Shown: positions 12,655 to 24,838 of the stretch, piece after piece
How positions within the stretch are numbered: position 1 is the stretch's first letter
Layout: every line of letters begins with the position of its first letter
NCBI GenBank assembly: GCA_002269645.1
Contig: NIVC01002925.1
Span: 65,821 to 129,820 of the forward strand
Length of the DNA stretch: 64,000 nucleotides
Direction: 5' to 3'
Source: Macrostomum lignano
Taxonomy: Eukaryota
Notes under the pieces: model-generated
The model's database searches: none
Told to the model about the DNA's origin: nothing
What the model saw: the letters and a program-made list of their open reading frames with translations, nothing else
Made by a program: the position numbers and the translations under genes

Positions 12655-14027
12655 TTGACATTGTATCGAATTTTTTTGCAATTTATAGCAAAACCTCAGC
12701 GCAAAGGGAGTAATTGAAACTTGAAGGAAGAGCAGAGCGCCTTTGCATCCTACCTTACAAAAAAGGGTCTGTCAACTTAAGCTCATAAAGTGGAGCTCGA
12801 GTGACCTATGTACACAAATGATGCATCATTCAATTCTGCCCACAGTGACACTAGGAACCTGGCTGCTGGGTTTGGCAAAATGACAAATATTGAACTTGGC
12901 TTGGGAGGCTACTAGTCACTTTGGCAACAAGACACTTGGGCGATAGACACTTCTATCAATGATTAGTGACTATTATATCAACTTAATCTCATAAAATATA
13001 GCAACCAATGCGCTAAAGTTAGATATGCTAATAAATTTGAAATTATTGATTGTAATTGCCAGAGTATTAATCAGAGTTATTCAAAGTATAAAGTTGTCTC
13101 TCTTGAGGCATTGTACATTAAATAGATAAAGCCCACCACAAATATTCAACTTGGTGGTAAAAGGGCTAATGTCTATCTAAGGGTGTTCTGACCCCATGCA
13201 CTTGCCTCTTATTTAGGGCTATCTAACTCTGCTACCCTTACTTGCATCATTTTGGCTTACTAGACTTTAAATAGTACTTTTATGCTACTTACTTAAATAT
13301 GCCACAAGATAATATTGTTTTTCATTTACAAAAGGATCTTTCTCTTTATAACAATCAAAAATGGAAGCAAAAATATGTTTAGTGCACATTTTGCTTTAAA
13401 ATTTTGACCTAAAAGCTTAAAAATTTGTATTTTTCTGATCCCAGGATTGGCTAAATATTGGGATTAAATCCTGGGATCCCAGGATCACAAAAAACCAGGA
13501 TTTTGCAATCTCTAACCTTACCTCAACTAAACTATATTTATAGGCAATCTTCAAGTTTTGTTCGTTAAATTATTTTTTCAATGATTCCTGAACTATCTTG
13601 CTCTGAGATGATTATTTTTGAGCTCTCCAGTGTACCCAGCCCTTTCCTAGTTGAGAAAGTAGCAGCTTAGTAGCATTTATAATACTAATAGGCCTATAGT
13701 TAAATATTCCTAACATGCAGTAAAACATAAAAACAATACTAAAATCAATGCGTTTGTGTAAGAATCAAAATTATAACATTGATTTATTTTTGGTTTTCTA
13801 ATCTAACGCAATATATATAGTAGGTATCACTATCATGACACGTATCAGATTATCCTAATATAATATCCAGACATTAATGCAAATGGATCTAGATGTATTA
13901 AAACCTGAAAGTAAAAAGTATTACACTGTCATTAAGCGTATCAAAGCCTTGCTGTAAAAAGTCCAGCCGTTGAACTAATGTTCAAAACGACAACTTGAAA
14001 CAAAATTTGTGTAACTATACTTGGAAC

Positions 14028-14199
14028 CATGCTTGGGCGCAACCTAGGGATTCACCCGGCCGTTTCTATTGGCAACACACACATGTAAGTCGCTATTGGA
14101 CGGAATAGTAGTCACGTGACTGCTCTCAGCCAATAGCGACTTACATGTGTGTGTTGCCAATAGAAACGGCCGGGTGATTCCCAAGGTTGCGCATGCATG
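14028..14199. mobile_element. 172-bp palindromic MITE, copy 2, with 8-bp TSD (P-element-like ends)
   Basis: CATG...CATG ends; perfect TSD CTTGGAAC at 14020-14027 and 14200-14207; central GTCACGTGAC at 14111-14120. Confidence 0.9.
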
Positions 14200-14602
14200 C
14201 TTGGAACACTTACTGCTATAGTCATATCGCACGGGCCACGTGCGAGGAAGGTGAAAACGAAAAACGAAAATAGTTCAAGCTTACATTTCTAGTAAATTCA
14301 AAATAAAGTTATTGAAAGTGAAATTGTTTTTTTAATTAAGTAGTAAAAACAAGATTATACTTTCTTATAAATAGGTAAAAACACTTTTGTATTTGTTTTA
14401 GTATGTTTTTGTTTCTAACCCGGCCGTTCATATTATTTAAATGACCGCAAAGGCTCTTGAACTTGCACCAGCCACGAGCAAAGTAAAAGCGTCTTCTGGT
14501 AACACATTTAAAGCCTTATCTTGTTCTTTTCGTGCCTCGTAGCACTTCGTGCCGGGGTTAAAATTACTTTACTTTTTCTTTGTCTGCAATTGCAAAAGCA
14601 AG

Positions 14603-17600
14603 ATGGGTGATCTCGATGACTTTTTTGCAAAGAAGGACAAGAAAAAGGGGAAAACTAAGATTGTTGCTGCCAATCTCCTGGATGAAATGAAAAAAGAGAA
14701 TGAGGCTAAAAAGGAAAAACAGAAGAAGAAACAACTGCTTGAAAGTAATGAACAGGCACCGCATGTTCTAAAGAAGACTAAGGTATGTGACTATTGAGAT
14801 AAGATTTATTTGAGAGTAGACTAATTAACAAGGCCTCGATAAATAATTTGTCCTTTAGCTTGGTTAATGTTTCATTTTTTATTCATTACTCGCTGTTATT
14901 AAACTTATAATGCAATTTATATATAGATATTGACAAATAAGATATTGTTTATCTAAGCCTAAAAACTGCCATTATAATCTATTATAATTTGTAGGCCTAT
15001 ATAATTATAAGTATTTTATCTAATGAATGGCAATTAGGAAATACAAAATCTTGGGATTCCTGGGATTGGGATATCTTGGACTTTGCTAATCCTAGGATCC
15101 CAACAAATTGGGCTAGGATCCCAAGATTCAAGCATTTAAAAAGTTTCTAATCTTTGTTAATGCAATTTGGCTTTATGTAGCCATCTAACCTGATTTTAAA
15201 GGGCTTTCAATAATAAAGAATAGAACAAAATATTTTACAAACAAGAAACTAACAATGAGCCCTGAATTGGAATATAATATATAAGCTGATATATTAAATA
15301 TGCTTATTTATATGCTAGTATTAGCTTAGGAAAATCACACTTAATTGTGATATAACCTAGGGAATGATAGCTTATAGAGCTATAGCCAAGGCCAGAGGTA
15401 CTAATATCAAGATAGAAGGGGAATCTAGGCAGGGGATTAGACCTTACTTTCTTAAAGGCCCTACCCTAGATAAAGAACTAGTAGCTTAGGTTGTAGTTTA
15501 ATAGCAAAGTGCCAATGTTCTAATCCCTACTATGGCCAAGGAATTTTAAAGGTAGACTGCTTAGGCAATAGTACAGTTTCGTTCACAAAATTATTTTTCA
15601 TTTAAATTTGAAAGTTCAAAACCAGAAAACAAAAACAACAATGTTTTAAACCATTCTAGCGACTATGCCAAAGCTCACTGGTCATGGAACTTTAAAGCAA
15701 ATGGGCACTCTATTAATATACTTTTTTGATTAAATCTGTTCCACGTTCGAATGCTACTTGAAATGCAAGTTGTCTATGGAAAAAATATTTTAAAAAAACG
15801 CCATGACTAGGGACACGGAGAACATGATTTGATACATGTACGTAGGTAGCTCGAATGTCACCAGTAGTGTTCGTAAAGACAGTTAAATATTGTGTCGATC
15901 AATCTTTTCCAATATACTAAAACTCATAAGTATATAACTGTGTCGTGGATCCAAGTTTGTCTTTTGGTCAAATAGGCTGTTTTTTCACTTCTCCGATTTT
16001 CACCCAAATCTAACAACCGCCGTGCCCCCAGGCATGTGAGTGGTAGATTACTAGGAACACGGCTGCTGTGTCCCCATATACAGAGCTAGGGACACGGTGG
16101 CCGTGCCGCGAGTCCACACAGCTAAAGACACAGCTGCCATGGCTCTAGGCACAGAGTAGTGTGGTAGCTATGGACACGGCGGCCGTGTCCTTAGACATAG
16201 AGTTAGAGGCTCGAAAAATCAAAAGGGGCTCAAGTGGGGGGGGCTTGAACTGTTTCCCTTTACCTGAGAAGCTGCTAATATCTGCTTTTTCTTTTGGACA
16301 ACATATTGTATCATGGCTAGACGACCACCAAGACCCTCGTGGATAATTCCGCTGAATGAAGTGCTGCTAGCAAATGCTCTACCGCAACTAGAGCTAAATG
16401 CGTGCGACCTGATGGCTGCCACGGTCTCTGCCACAATCATTAGAATGGTTTAAAACATTATTTTTTATTGTTGTTATTGTTTTCTGGTTTCAAACTTTCA
16501 AATTTAAACAAAAAATAATTTTGCAAACGAAACTGCACTATTGCCACTGCTTAAAGTACATATAGTTTGCTACCAACCCTATGTTAGGCATCTAAAAGGT
16601 GTCTTGATAGTGCTAAGAATAAAGTCTTTTGTATTAAAAGAGGGCTTTTGATCTGCGCAAAGTTGAGACCCCCTGATTTTAACCTAGGTTTGAGATAAAA
16701 AGGTAGTTCAAATGAAAAAATGATTTGACTCCTATCCTGGGTTTTTTAGGCCATACGGGGTTTTTGGCCCCTTGAAAATCTTATTGGCAACTGGATTTTT
16801 GGCATCAGAGGCCAATCAAATGATGCCACTTCATTTTTCCTATGCCAGTTGCCAATTTAAAAAAAAGTTGTAAATATAATATTTATATATTCATATAAGA
16901 TTTTGTAAATATAATAAAATGCCATATAAATTGATATGATAGAATTGTTAGTTGATATGATAAAAAAAAGCAGGACAACTGGGTTATGATTTTCACCTGA
17001 CAGTAGCTCAGTTGCAGATATTACTACTTAGAATAAATGGTTGAATTATTTTAGATTAACCTGTTTTCAGATTTAGTAACTTTGTAGTATTGAGTACCAT
17101 TGACACATAATATCCTAAATATTATTTATCTTAGTGCCCTGATGCTTTAAATTTGTCATCAGTGTCTATTTTTAATATCTTATACTTTTACCTTTTATAT
17201 TCAATATAAATTTTCTATGTATTAAATCTTTTTGATTTACCAAAATCCCATCTTTTTCGGTCTAGCCATAGAAACTAAAATTCTCATTATAGTCCAGTTC
17301 TCATTAGGCTACTGTTAGTAGACTGTGCCCACTGTCTCCCCATCCAACCCAGGAGGATGACGACTGGGAGGACTTCGACGACCCATCAGGCCTCAACCTC
17401 GAAGGCCTCCGCGTGGTGAACCTGGCCGAGCGCCAAGCCCAGGAGGCCAGCAGCGAGGGCGGCTCTGGCCAGGATGGCGGCGAGGCCGGCTCCGTTGACG
17501 AAGGTCCCTGGCGTCGCAAAGCTGCTGAATCAGCCGCTGCGGCCGCCGCTGCCGCTGCACCCGCAGAATCTGCTGCTGCGGCTGGCGGCGAGGCCGGCGG

Positions 17601-18081
17601 CGGCGAAGCTCCGGCAGCGTCAGCTGCTGCTGGCGGCGGCGCCAGCGCTGATTCGCAGGCGGCCTCGGCTGGCGGCGGCAGCGGCGAGGCTCCGTCGGCG
17701 CCGCGGGCCACCCAGTACGTGCCGCCGCACCGGCGCACGGCAGCAGCGGCCGTCAGCGGGCGCCCGGCTGCCGACCTGTTCGCTGCCAGGCCGCTGCCGC
17801 GCGGCTCCGGCCGACGCGACAAGAACGCGCCGAACATCAACGACGTGGAGGAGTTCCCCACACTGGCGCCGGGCGTCAGCGGCGGAGCTGAGAGCAGCGA
17901 AACGTCGGCGACTGCCGGCCGGCCGGGTGTGGAGGACAGCCGGCCATTTGAGAGCGTGCGAGACCCGGGCGGCCGCCGGAGCCACCCGGCGCACTCGCAG
18001 GCGTTCGGCGGCTCGGCCAAGCCCGAGGCCGTCCAGGTGAGCAACCGGTGGAACGCGCTGAGCGAAGACGGGGCCAGCTGA
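14603..18081 (+). CDS. CDV3: CDV3 homologue, exons 14603-14782 and 17353-18081
   Basis: N-terminal DLDDFFAKKDKKK; EDDDWEDF..GL..EGLRV; GPW; YVPPHRR; PNINDVEEFPTL; QVSNRWNAL; phase-0 join AAG|gtatgt...cccag|GAG. Confidence 0.85.
15564..16545. mobile_element. 982-bp non-autonomous DNA transposon in the CDV3 intron (Merlin-like ends)
   Basis: ~100-bp imperfect TIRs starting GGCAATAGT / ending ACTATTGCC; perfect 8-bp TSD ACTGCTTA at 15556-15563 and 16546-16553. Confidence 0.85.
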
Positions 18082-19487
18082 CGCGGCCTTTCCGGACCAG
18101 CCTGCTTGGCGCCGTTTGTTTGGCCTCGACTGACGCCTCGTCTCGTGAATGGCCCCATCACGCCTGAGCTGCTCCTCTGTCCCCCTCTCTCTCTCTTAAC
18201 ATTATTTCTCGTCAATCTCTTCGTCAGCATCCGTAGTTCATTAAAAAACATTTCTTAAGAATGAATCGCGCCCAGAGCATGCTAACTTCTAACTCACTCA
18301 TTCGTGCCGAGTACCGCTCGTCAGCAGCCAGTTTGGTGATCTGGACTGATCCCGTGTGTCCTTCCTAATGCCCTAAAATCTCTCCCCCATTGCAGTGGGT
18401 GCGGCCGCTGTGCTTTGTGTCCTCGTGCTTAAAACATGAATCAGAGTGTTGGTGTAGCTTTCGTTGACTGTTTTCCGGAGTAATTGGCAATTTACTAAAT
18501 AAAACGAGAAAAAAATCTTTAACAAGTTAATAGAGCCAAATATTTTTGCCTTGCTGTTGTTTCTTTTTCTAACATTTTTATTACTGTAAGTAGCGCTTGC
18601 GGCGTTCTGATTTCGCTTTCAATCTGACCTCGGTTTTACTGATAAATCAGCTAAAAAAATCCATCTTAGCAAATTGCTCAGTCCTTGGCTTCTCACTTAT
18701 TGCTTTTGAAGCCGGCGGGCCTGTTCCGCTTGTTACCCTGTCTGTCCCTCATTTCTGTACAGGATTCAATTTGGCAATCGCAGCCCCATCTCCAGTTTGT
18801 CTGCAGCATCTGGTTCAAGTTTATTGCATGCGATTTAGGTTACATTTGATTCGGCTTTGAACCTAGGTTAGTGCTAGTGCAGGGGGACTTTATTGGAATT
18901 TATGTATGCCTTGTTGGTTGGGCAGAGTTGGGGGTTAAGCGGAGCTGGTCATGGTTAGTGCGCAGCTGAATAGGCTGTCTGCCCCTGTGACACTCCCCCC
19001 ACTAAGGCACCCACCGTGAGCTGAGCTTGAGTCGATGTGACTCTGATGAGACATTTTGAGCGTATTAGTCTCACCAACAGACTAAAAACTTGGTGCTCCT
19101 CCAGAATCACTTTTTGGCAATGAATGGAGTCAATATAAACGCCCTTATCAAGAGATATTGCTTAGTTGCTGTAAGAAGTTGCACCTCAGCGAAATGCGAC
19201 GGAAAGCCTTGGTTGGTTCCTTCAGTCCCATCCAATCAGAAACCGTTTAACGATAGTTTCTTTCTGCCAAGTTGCATGTCTTATGCATGCTACATAAGCT
19301 GGATCTTTCATTCTATATTACTCTTGCGTTATCCTGCGATTACTAAAGGTCGTTTTTAAAGGGCCGGAATTGTTGCGAGCCTCTGTTTAGCTACTGGTAA
19401 GACAGCCGCCTTTTCTACATATGTACGTGTAATTGATCATTGTCGCTTATTAGAAGTGCCTTCAAATTGTAGGGAAATTTCTGGAAA

Positions 19488-21418
19488 ACTGGGTGTTTGT
19501 AGCGTCCACCGGAAGCTGGGTGTTTGTAGCGTCCACCGGAAGCTGGGTGTTTGTAGCGTCCACCGGAAGCTGGGTGTTTGTAGCGTCCACCGGAAGCTGG
19601 GTGTTTGTAGCGTCCACCGGAAGCTGGGTGTTTGTAGCGTCCACCGGAAGCTGGGTGTTTGTAGCGTCCACCGGAAGCTGGGTGTTTGTAGCGTCCACCG
19701 GAAGCTGGGTGTTTGTAGCGTCCACAGGAAGCTGGGTGTTTGTGGCGTCCACAGGAAGCTGGGTGTTTGTGGCGTCCACAGGAAGCTGGGTGTTTGTGGC
19801 GTCCACAGGAAGCTGGGTGTTTGTGGCGTCCACAGGAAGCTGGGTGTTTGTGGCGTCCACCGGAAGCTGGGTGTTTGTAGCGTCCACCGAAAACTGGGTG
19901 TTTGTGGCGTCCACAGGAAGCTGGGTGTTTGTAGCGTCCACAGGAAGCTGGGTGTTTGTGGCGTCCACCGGAAGCTGGGTGTTTGTGGCGTCCACCGGAA
20001 GCTGGGTGTTTGTGGCGTCCACAGGAAGCTGGGTGTTTGTGGCGTCCAAAGGAAGCTGGGTGTTTGTAGCGTCCACCGGAAGCTGGGTGTTTGTGGCGTC
20101 CACAGGAAGCTGGGTGTTTGTGGCGTCCACCGAAAGCTGGGTGTTTGTGGCGTCCACCGGAAGCTGGGTGTTTGTGGCGTCCACCGGAAGCTGGGTGTTT
20201 GTGGCGTCCACCGGAAGCTGGGTGTTTGTGGCGTCCACCGGAAGCTGGGTGTTTGTGGCGTCCACCGGAAGCTGGGTGTTTGTAGCGTCCACCGAAAACT
20301 GGGTGTTTGTGGCGTCCACAGGAAGCTGGGTGTTTGTAGCGTCCACAGGAAGCTGGGTGTTTGTGGCGTCCACCGGAAGCTGGGTGTTTGTAGCGTCCAC
20401 CGAAAACTGGGTGTTTGTAGCGTCCACAGGAAGCTGGGTGTTTGTAGCGTCCACAGGAAGCTGGGTGTTTGTGGCGTCCACCGGAAGCTGGGTGTTTGTG
20501 GCGTCCACAGGAAGCTGGGTGTTTGTGGCGTCCACAGGAAGCTGGGTGTTTGTAGCGTCCACCGGAAGCTGGGTGTTTGTAGCGTCCACAGGAAGCTGGG
20601 TGTTTGTAGCGTCCACCGGAAGCTGGGTGTTTGTGGCGCCCACAGGAAGCTGGGTGTTTGTAGCATCCACCGAAAACTAGGTGTTTGTGGCGTCTACCGA
20701 AAACTGGTTGTTTGTGGCGCCCACCGAAAACTGGGTGTTTGTGGCGCCCACCGAAAACTGGTTGTTTGTGGCGCCCACCGAAAACTGGTTGTTTGTGGCA
20801 CTCACCGAAAGCTGGGTGTTTGTGGCGCCCACCGAAAATTGGTTGTTTGTGGCGCCCACCGAAAACTGGGTTTTGTGGCGCCCACCGAAAACTGGGTGTT
20901 TGTGGCACCCACCGAAAACTGGTTGTTTGTGGCGCCCACCGAAAACTGGGTTTTGTGGCGCCCACCGAAAACTGGGTGTTTGTGGCACCCACCGAAAACT
21001 GGTTGTTTGTGGCGCCCACCGAAAATTGGGTGTTTGTGGCGCCCACCGAAAACTGTTTGTTTGTGGCGCCCACCGAAAACTGGTTGTTTGTGGCGCCCAC
21101 CGAAAACTGGTTGTTTGTGGCGCCCACCGAAAGCTGGGTGTTTGTGGCGCCCACCGAAAACTGGTTGTTTGTGGCGCCCACCGAAAATTGGGTGTTTGTG
21201 GCGCCCACCGAAAACTGGTTGTTTGTGGCGCCCACCGAAAACTGGTTGTTTGTGGCGCCCACCGAAAACTGGTTGCTTGTGGCGCCCACCGAAAGCTGGG
21301 TGTTTGTGGCGCCCACCGAAAACTGGGTGTTTGGTGCCCACCGAAAGCTGGGTGTTTGTGGCGCCCACCGAAAACTGGTTGTTTGTGGCGCCCACCGAAA
21401 ACTGGGTGTTTGTGGCGG
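19488..21418. repeat. 27-bp satellite, ~70 copies, two sub-variants
   Basis: GGGTGTTTGTAGCGTCCACCGGAAGCT to ~20680, then CTGGTTGTTTGTGGCGCCCACCGAAAA. Confidence 0.96.
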
Positions 21419-23107
21419 AACTGCGGGTGATTTTCGTCAGCGCCTGTTGGTACATGCACAACTACAGATTTGCAGCATGTGGCAACCAAGGACCACTAGC
21501 AGTATATCAGATATCAGTAGTTGTCCTTGGTGGCAACTGGGTGCCTGCAACACCTGAGTAGCTTAAAAGTACATGTATGGGTGCATATGAGCTGTCACGC
21601 CTGGCTTCGTGACTCACGGAGCATACAACAGTGACACCTGCAACGACCTGCAAGATTAAAGATCCTCGGAGCGGATCTGCCGAGCTGCACGCTCTTACAG
21701 CTGGTTGAGCAGGCAAAAACAATGTGGGCTGAAAGAAGCTGCAAATGAATGCTTCTTTCCTGCTGAGCAGCCCACGCGAAAAAGCTTTTCGGTGAGACGG
21801 CTGGCAGTAGGATTTTTAGGGATTAATTTGATACGCGTCTTGCGTGCGTGTCAGCAGGGTGACGGGGCGATGAGTCTGTTGCTGATCAGCTAATCAGGGC
21901 CTGGCTGAGGAGTTTGGCCACTTCCGTCTGGCCTTCCCATCAGCCGCGGGTCGCACCGCACTTTGCCACGCAGACTCACTTTGCCACGCAGACTGCGGCC
22001 AGATCTTGCAGGCTTTTGTGCCCCCGCGCGCAGGACAGGAAGATGCGGCTGTAGCGGGATGAGGCTGTAAGGAAGAGAGGGGATGCTGAGAACTGGGTGA
22101 AGGGGGAATTGTGTGAGAGAGATCCCGCGGACCTGAATCTGCGGCATGTCAAGCAGGGCGACTTACAAGGGCCGCGTGCCCGGGCTCCTGCAAGACTCTG
22201 CTTCCACTCTACAACCCTGCGCGGCCCGCGTCTGTGTCACGTCACGGCATTCCAAATGAAAAAAGAGGCTGTGAGAGGCTGGGGGTCGCGCGGCAGGCCT
22301 ATGAGGAGGAGATGGAGAGGCGATGCAGAGAGGAGAGGGGAATTCGCTGCCGAGGAGCTGGCGCGTGCGATAGCGCATGAAGTGCTGAAAGTGGGTGAGG
22401 AGAGGCCGGGGCCGGGACTCCACTGTGTCTACACCTCCTAAGCCTCGCCTCCTCCGGCCCTCATCGTCTTGGCGCTTAAGCTGCCAAACTCTGTGGGCTC
22501 TTCTTCTTCTTCTTCTTCTTCTTCTTCTCGCTTTTTGTCGCCTTTCGGCATAGCTCACCGGGAGTCCCTTACTCCAGCTCTTACGCTTCGCATTGCCGAT
22601 CTTGTCTCTCTCGCCTGCTCACTCCGGTGATTCACGATGGTTTTGTTTAAAGAGGTCCCACGGTTCGTTATGCCGTGGTCACTCTGCCGGGTGCGGTTTT
22701 GCCCGCGGGACGTGGTTTTCAAATCACGGCCGCGGGCCTCACCGCCCCCCCGGTTCCTTATTTGCCAGACTGGCACGCCAGTCTGCCCGCTTGGCACCAA
22801 TCGTGGAGGTTGGGAACCATCGCCAAGCACTCTGTGGGCTCTCGATTAAATTGCCCGGCTTCGTCATCATCTTTTATGGTTTGCAACTTGTTTAGAAATC
22901 GTTTTTCCTCCACAGTGGCGGTTTGAATTTGTCCAGGTCGAGTTTGTACACGTATGATGCCGTGGTGATTCGCACAATGCTGCGGTTTGCCATGCGAATT
23001 GAGCCAATTCAGGGGTATCTTCAACGCGGCATCGGAGAAAGGATGCTACTAAATTTATAAGACATGCAGATTGAATTCTATAGGAACTGCTTTACTAGCA
23101 ACAAAGC

Positions 23108-23825
23108 TAACTGTAGGTTGCCCAGCTGCTGGCCCAACTGTGAGACTCTGTATCGGAGCATGGAGTGACCCAGCTGCTGGCCCAACTGTGAGACTCTGTA
23201 TCGGAGCATGGAGTGACCCAGCTGCTGGCCCAAGTGTGAGATTCTGTGTCGGAGCATGGAGTGACCCAGCTGCTGGCCCAACTGTGAGACTCTGTATCGG
23301 AGCATGGAGTGACCCAGCTGCTGACCCAACTGTGAGATTCTGTGTCGGAGCATGGAGTGACCCAGCTGCTGACTGTGAGATTCTGTGTCGCAGCATGGAG
23401 TGACCCAGCCGCTGACTGTGAGATTCTGTATCGGAGCATGGAGTGACCCAGCTGCTGACCCAACTGTGAGATTCTGTGTCGGAGCATGGAGTGACCCAGC
23501 TGCTGACCCAACTGTGAGATTCTGTGTCGGAGCATGGAGTGACCCAGCTGCTGACCCAACTGTGAGATTCTGTGTCGGAGCATGGAGTGACCCAGCTGCT
23601 GACCCAACTGTGAGATTCTGTGTCGGAGCATGGAGTGACCCAGCTGCTGACCCAACTGTGAGATTCTGTGTCGGAGCATGGAGTGACCCAGCTGCTGACT
23701 GTGAGATTCTGTGTCGGAGCATGGAGTGACCCAGCCGCTGACTGTGAGATTCTGTGTCGGAGCATGGAGTGACCCAGCTGCTGACCCAACTGTGAGATTC
23801 TGTGTCGGTGCATGGAGTGACTCCA
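23108..23825. repeat. 48-bp tandem repeat
   Basis: GAGTGACCCAGCTGCTGACCCAACTGTGAGATTCTGTGTCGGAGCATG, about 15 copies. Confidence 0.95.
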
Positions 23826-24767
23826 AAGGGACACTGAGAGTGGAGCAAGCCGCGTGTATAAAAGCGTGACTCTGGGATCCAACATTATTTCAAATCATCT
23901 ACAGAAGCCTCCCATAAGCACTCGGGTGGATCCACCCGGGTGGATCATTCAAGTGAATAGTGCAAAGAGACACGAGCGGGAGAGACGAAGGGACGGAGCG
24001 AGTTGCATTGCAATCAATTTTATAACACTGGGAAGTGAGCCAATATTTCTTCACCCGGATGCTGGGTGGCTGTACTCATCGCGCTCCGGCCCCCCCCCCC
24101 GGACCCGAACTTTCACCCAGAAGCAGCTGTGACCCTTCAGCGACTCAGCTTAGGCACCAACCAAGGGGCGACCGCGCAGCTTTCACCGTCGCGCGGAGGG
24201 TGGTAAAATAAATGGGAAAATTCCATTAATTTCCCTCACGACTGTGGGATCTGGCCAACGAATGAGAGAGTGAGAAAGAGGCCGGCACGCGGCATAAGCT
24301 TGAGAATGCCAATTATTATTATTAATAACCTTCCAATGGGAAAGCGGCTCGAGCTCCATTTGGCGAGTGAACTCGTGTAGGTGCAGCTCTAAAACCCATG
24401 CAGTCTCGGCATATTTCTGATGCGGCTCAGAAGAGGAGGCTGATGGTTCCTTCTCTTCGGCTAATCCGGGGACACGGGAGCGCCTCTATCTTAGTTTGTA
24501 TCTTTCCAGCTTCCCCCGGGGAACTGGGGGCCGGATAGGAGGGATTTTAGGCTCTCGGCTAAAGTGTTCGAATTGCTGCTAGTGTTCCGCAAACGCTGCA
24601 AAAGAAGTTTCCATGCAGAAGCAGTGAGAAATGGGCGCACTTGTCTGTCTGGCTTATCCCCACTCCATCTCTCTCGCATGCGTGGATCGGCAGGCTGACG
24701 GAATTTCAACTCGTTCTTCGCGTTTTTTGTTTATCTGGAGACGTTTGTATCGGTGCAAAAAAGTTGC

Positions 24768-24838
24768 TGCATCGGCCGGGAATAGAACCCGGGCTGCCCG
24801 CGTGGCAGGCGAGCATTCTACCACTGAACCACCGATGC
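24768..24838 (-). tRNA. trnG-GCC: tRNA-Gly(GCC) variant with B-box substitution; possible pseudogene
   Basis: Same as 12584-12654 except T-loop GTTCTATT instead of GTTCGATT and one variable-region change. Confidence 0.8.

Noticed and set aside
13430-15130. GGGATCCCAGGAT-rich patches at ~13430-13510 and ~15050-15130
   Set aside because: Probably relics of a repeat family, but no ends or TSD could be defined.
16783-16856. 74-bp hairpin ATTGGCAACTGG...CCAGTTGCCAAT
   Set aside because: Only 12-bp arms and no TSD; probably a decayed MITE fragment that cannot be classified.
17304-18251. 315-aa minus-strand ORF
   Set aside because: Antisense shadow of the GC-rich CDV3 exon 2.
19415-21561. ORFs of 400-700 aa in several frames
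   Set aside because: They are translations of a 27-bp stop-free satellite, open on both strands, with no splice or domain support. The same applies to the ORFs at 6663-7712, 10504-11781, 32365-33342 and 43904-45738.
23108-23825. CRISPR-like appearance of 30-50 bp repeats
   Set aside because: Units are head-to-tail with no unique spacers, there are no cas genes, and the DNA is eukaryotic.
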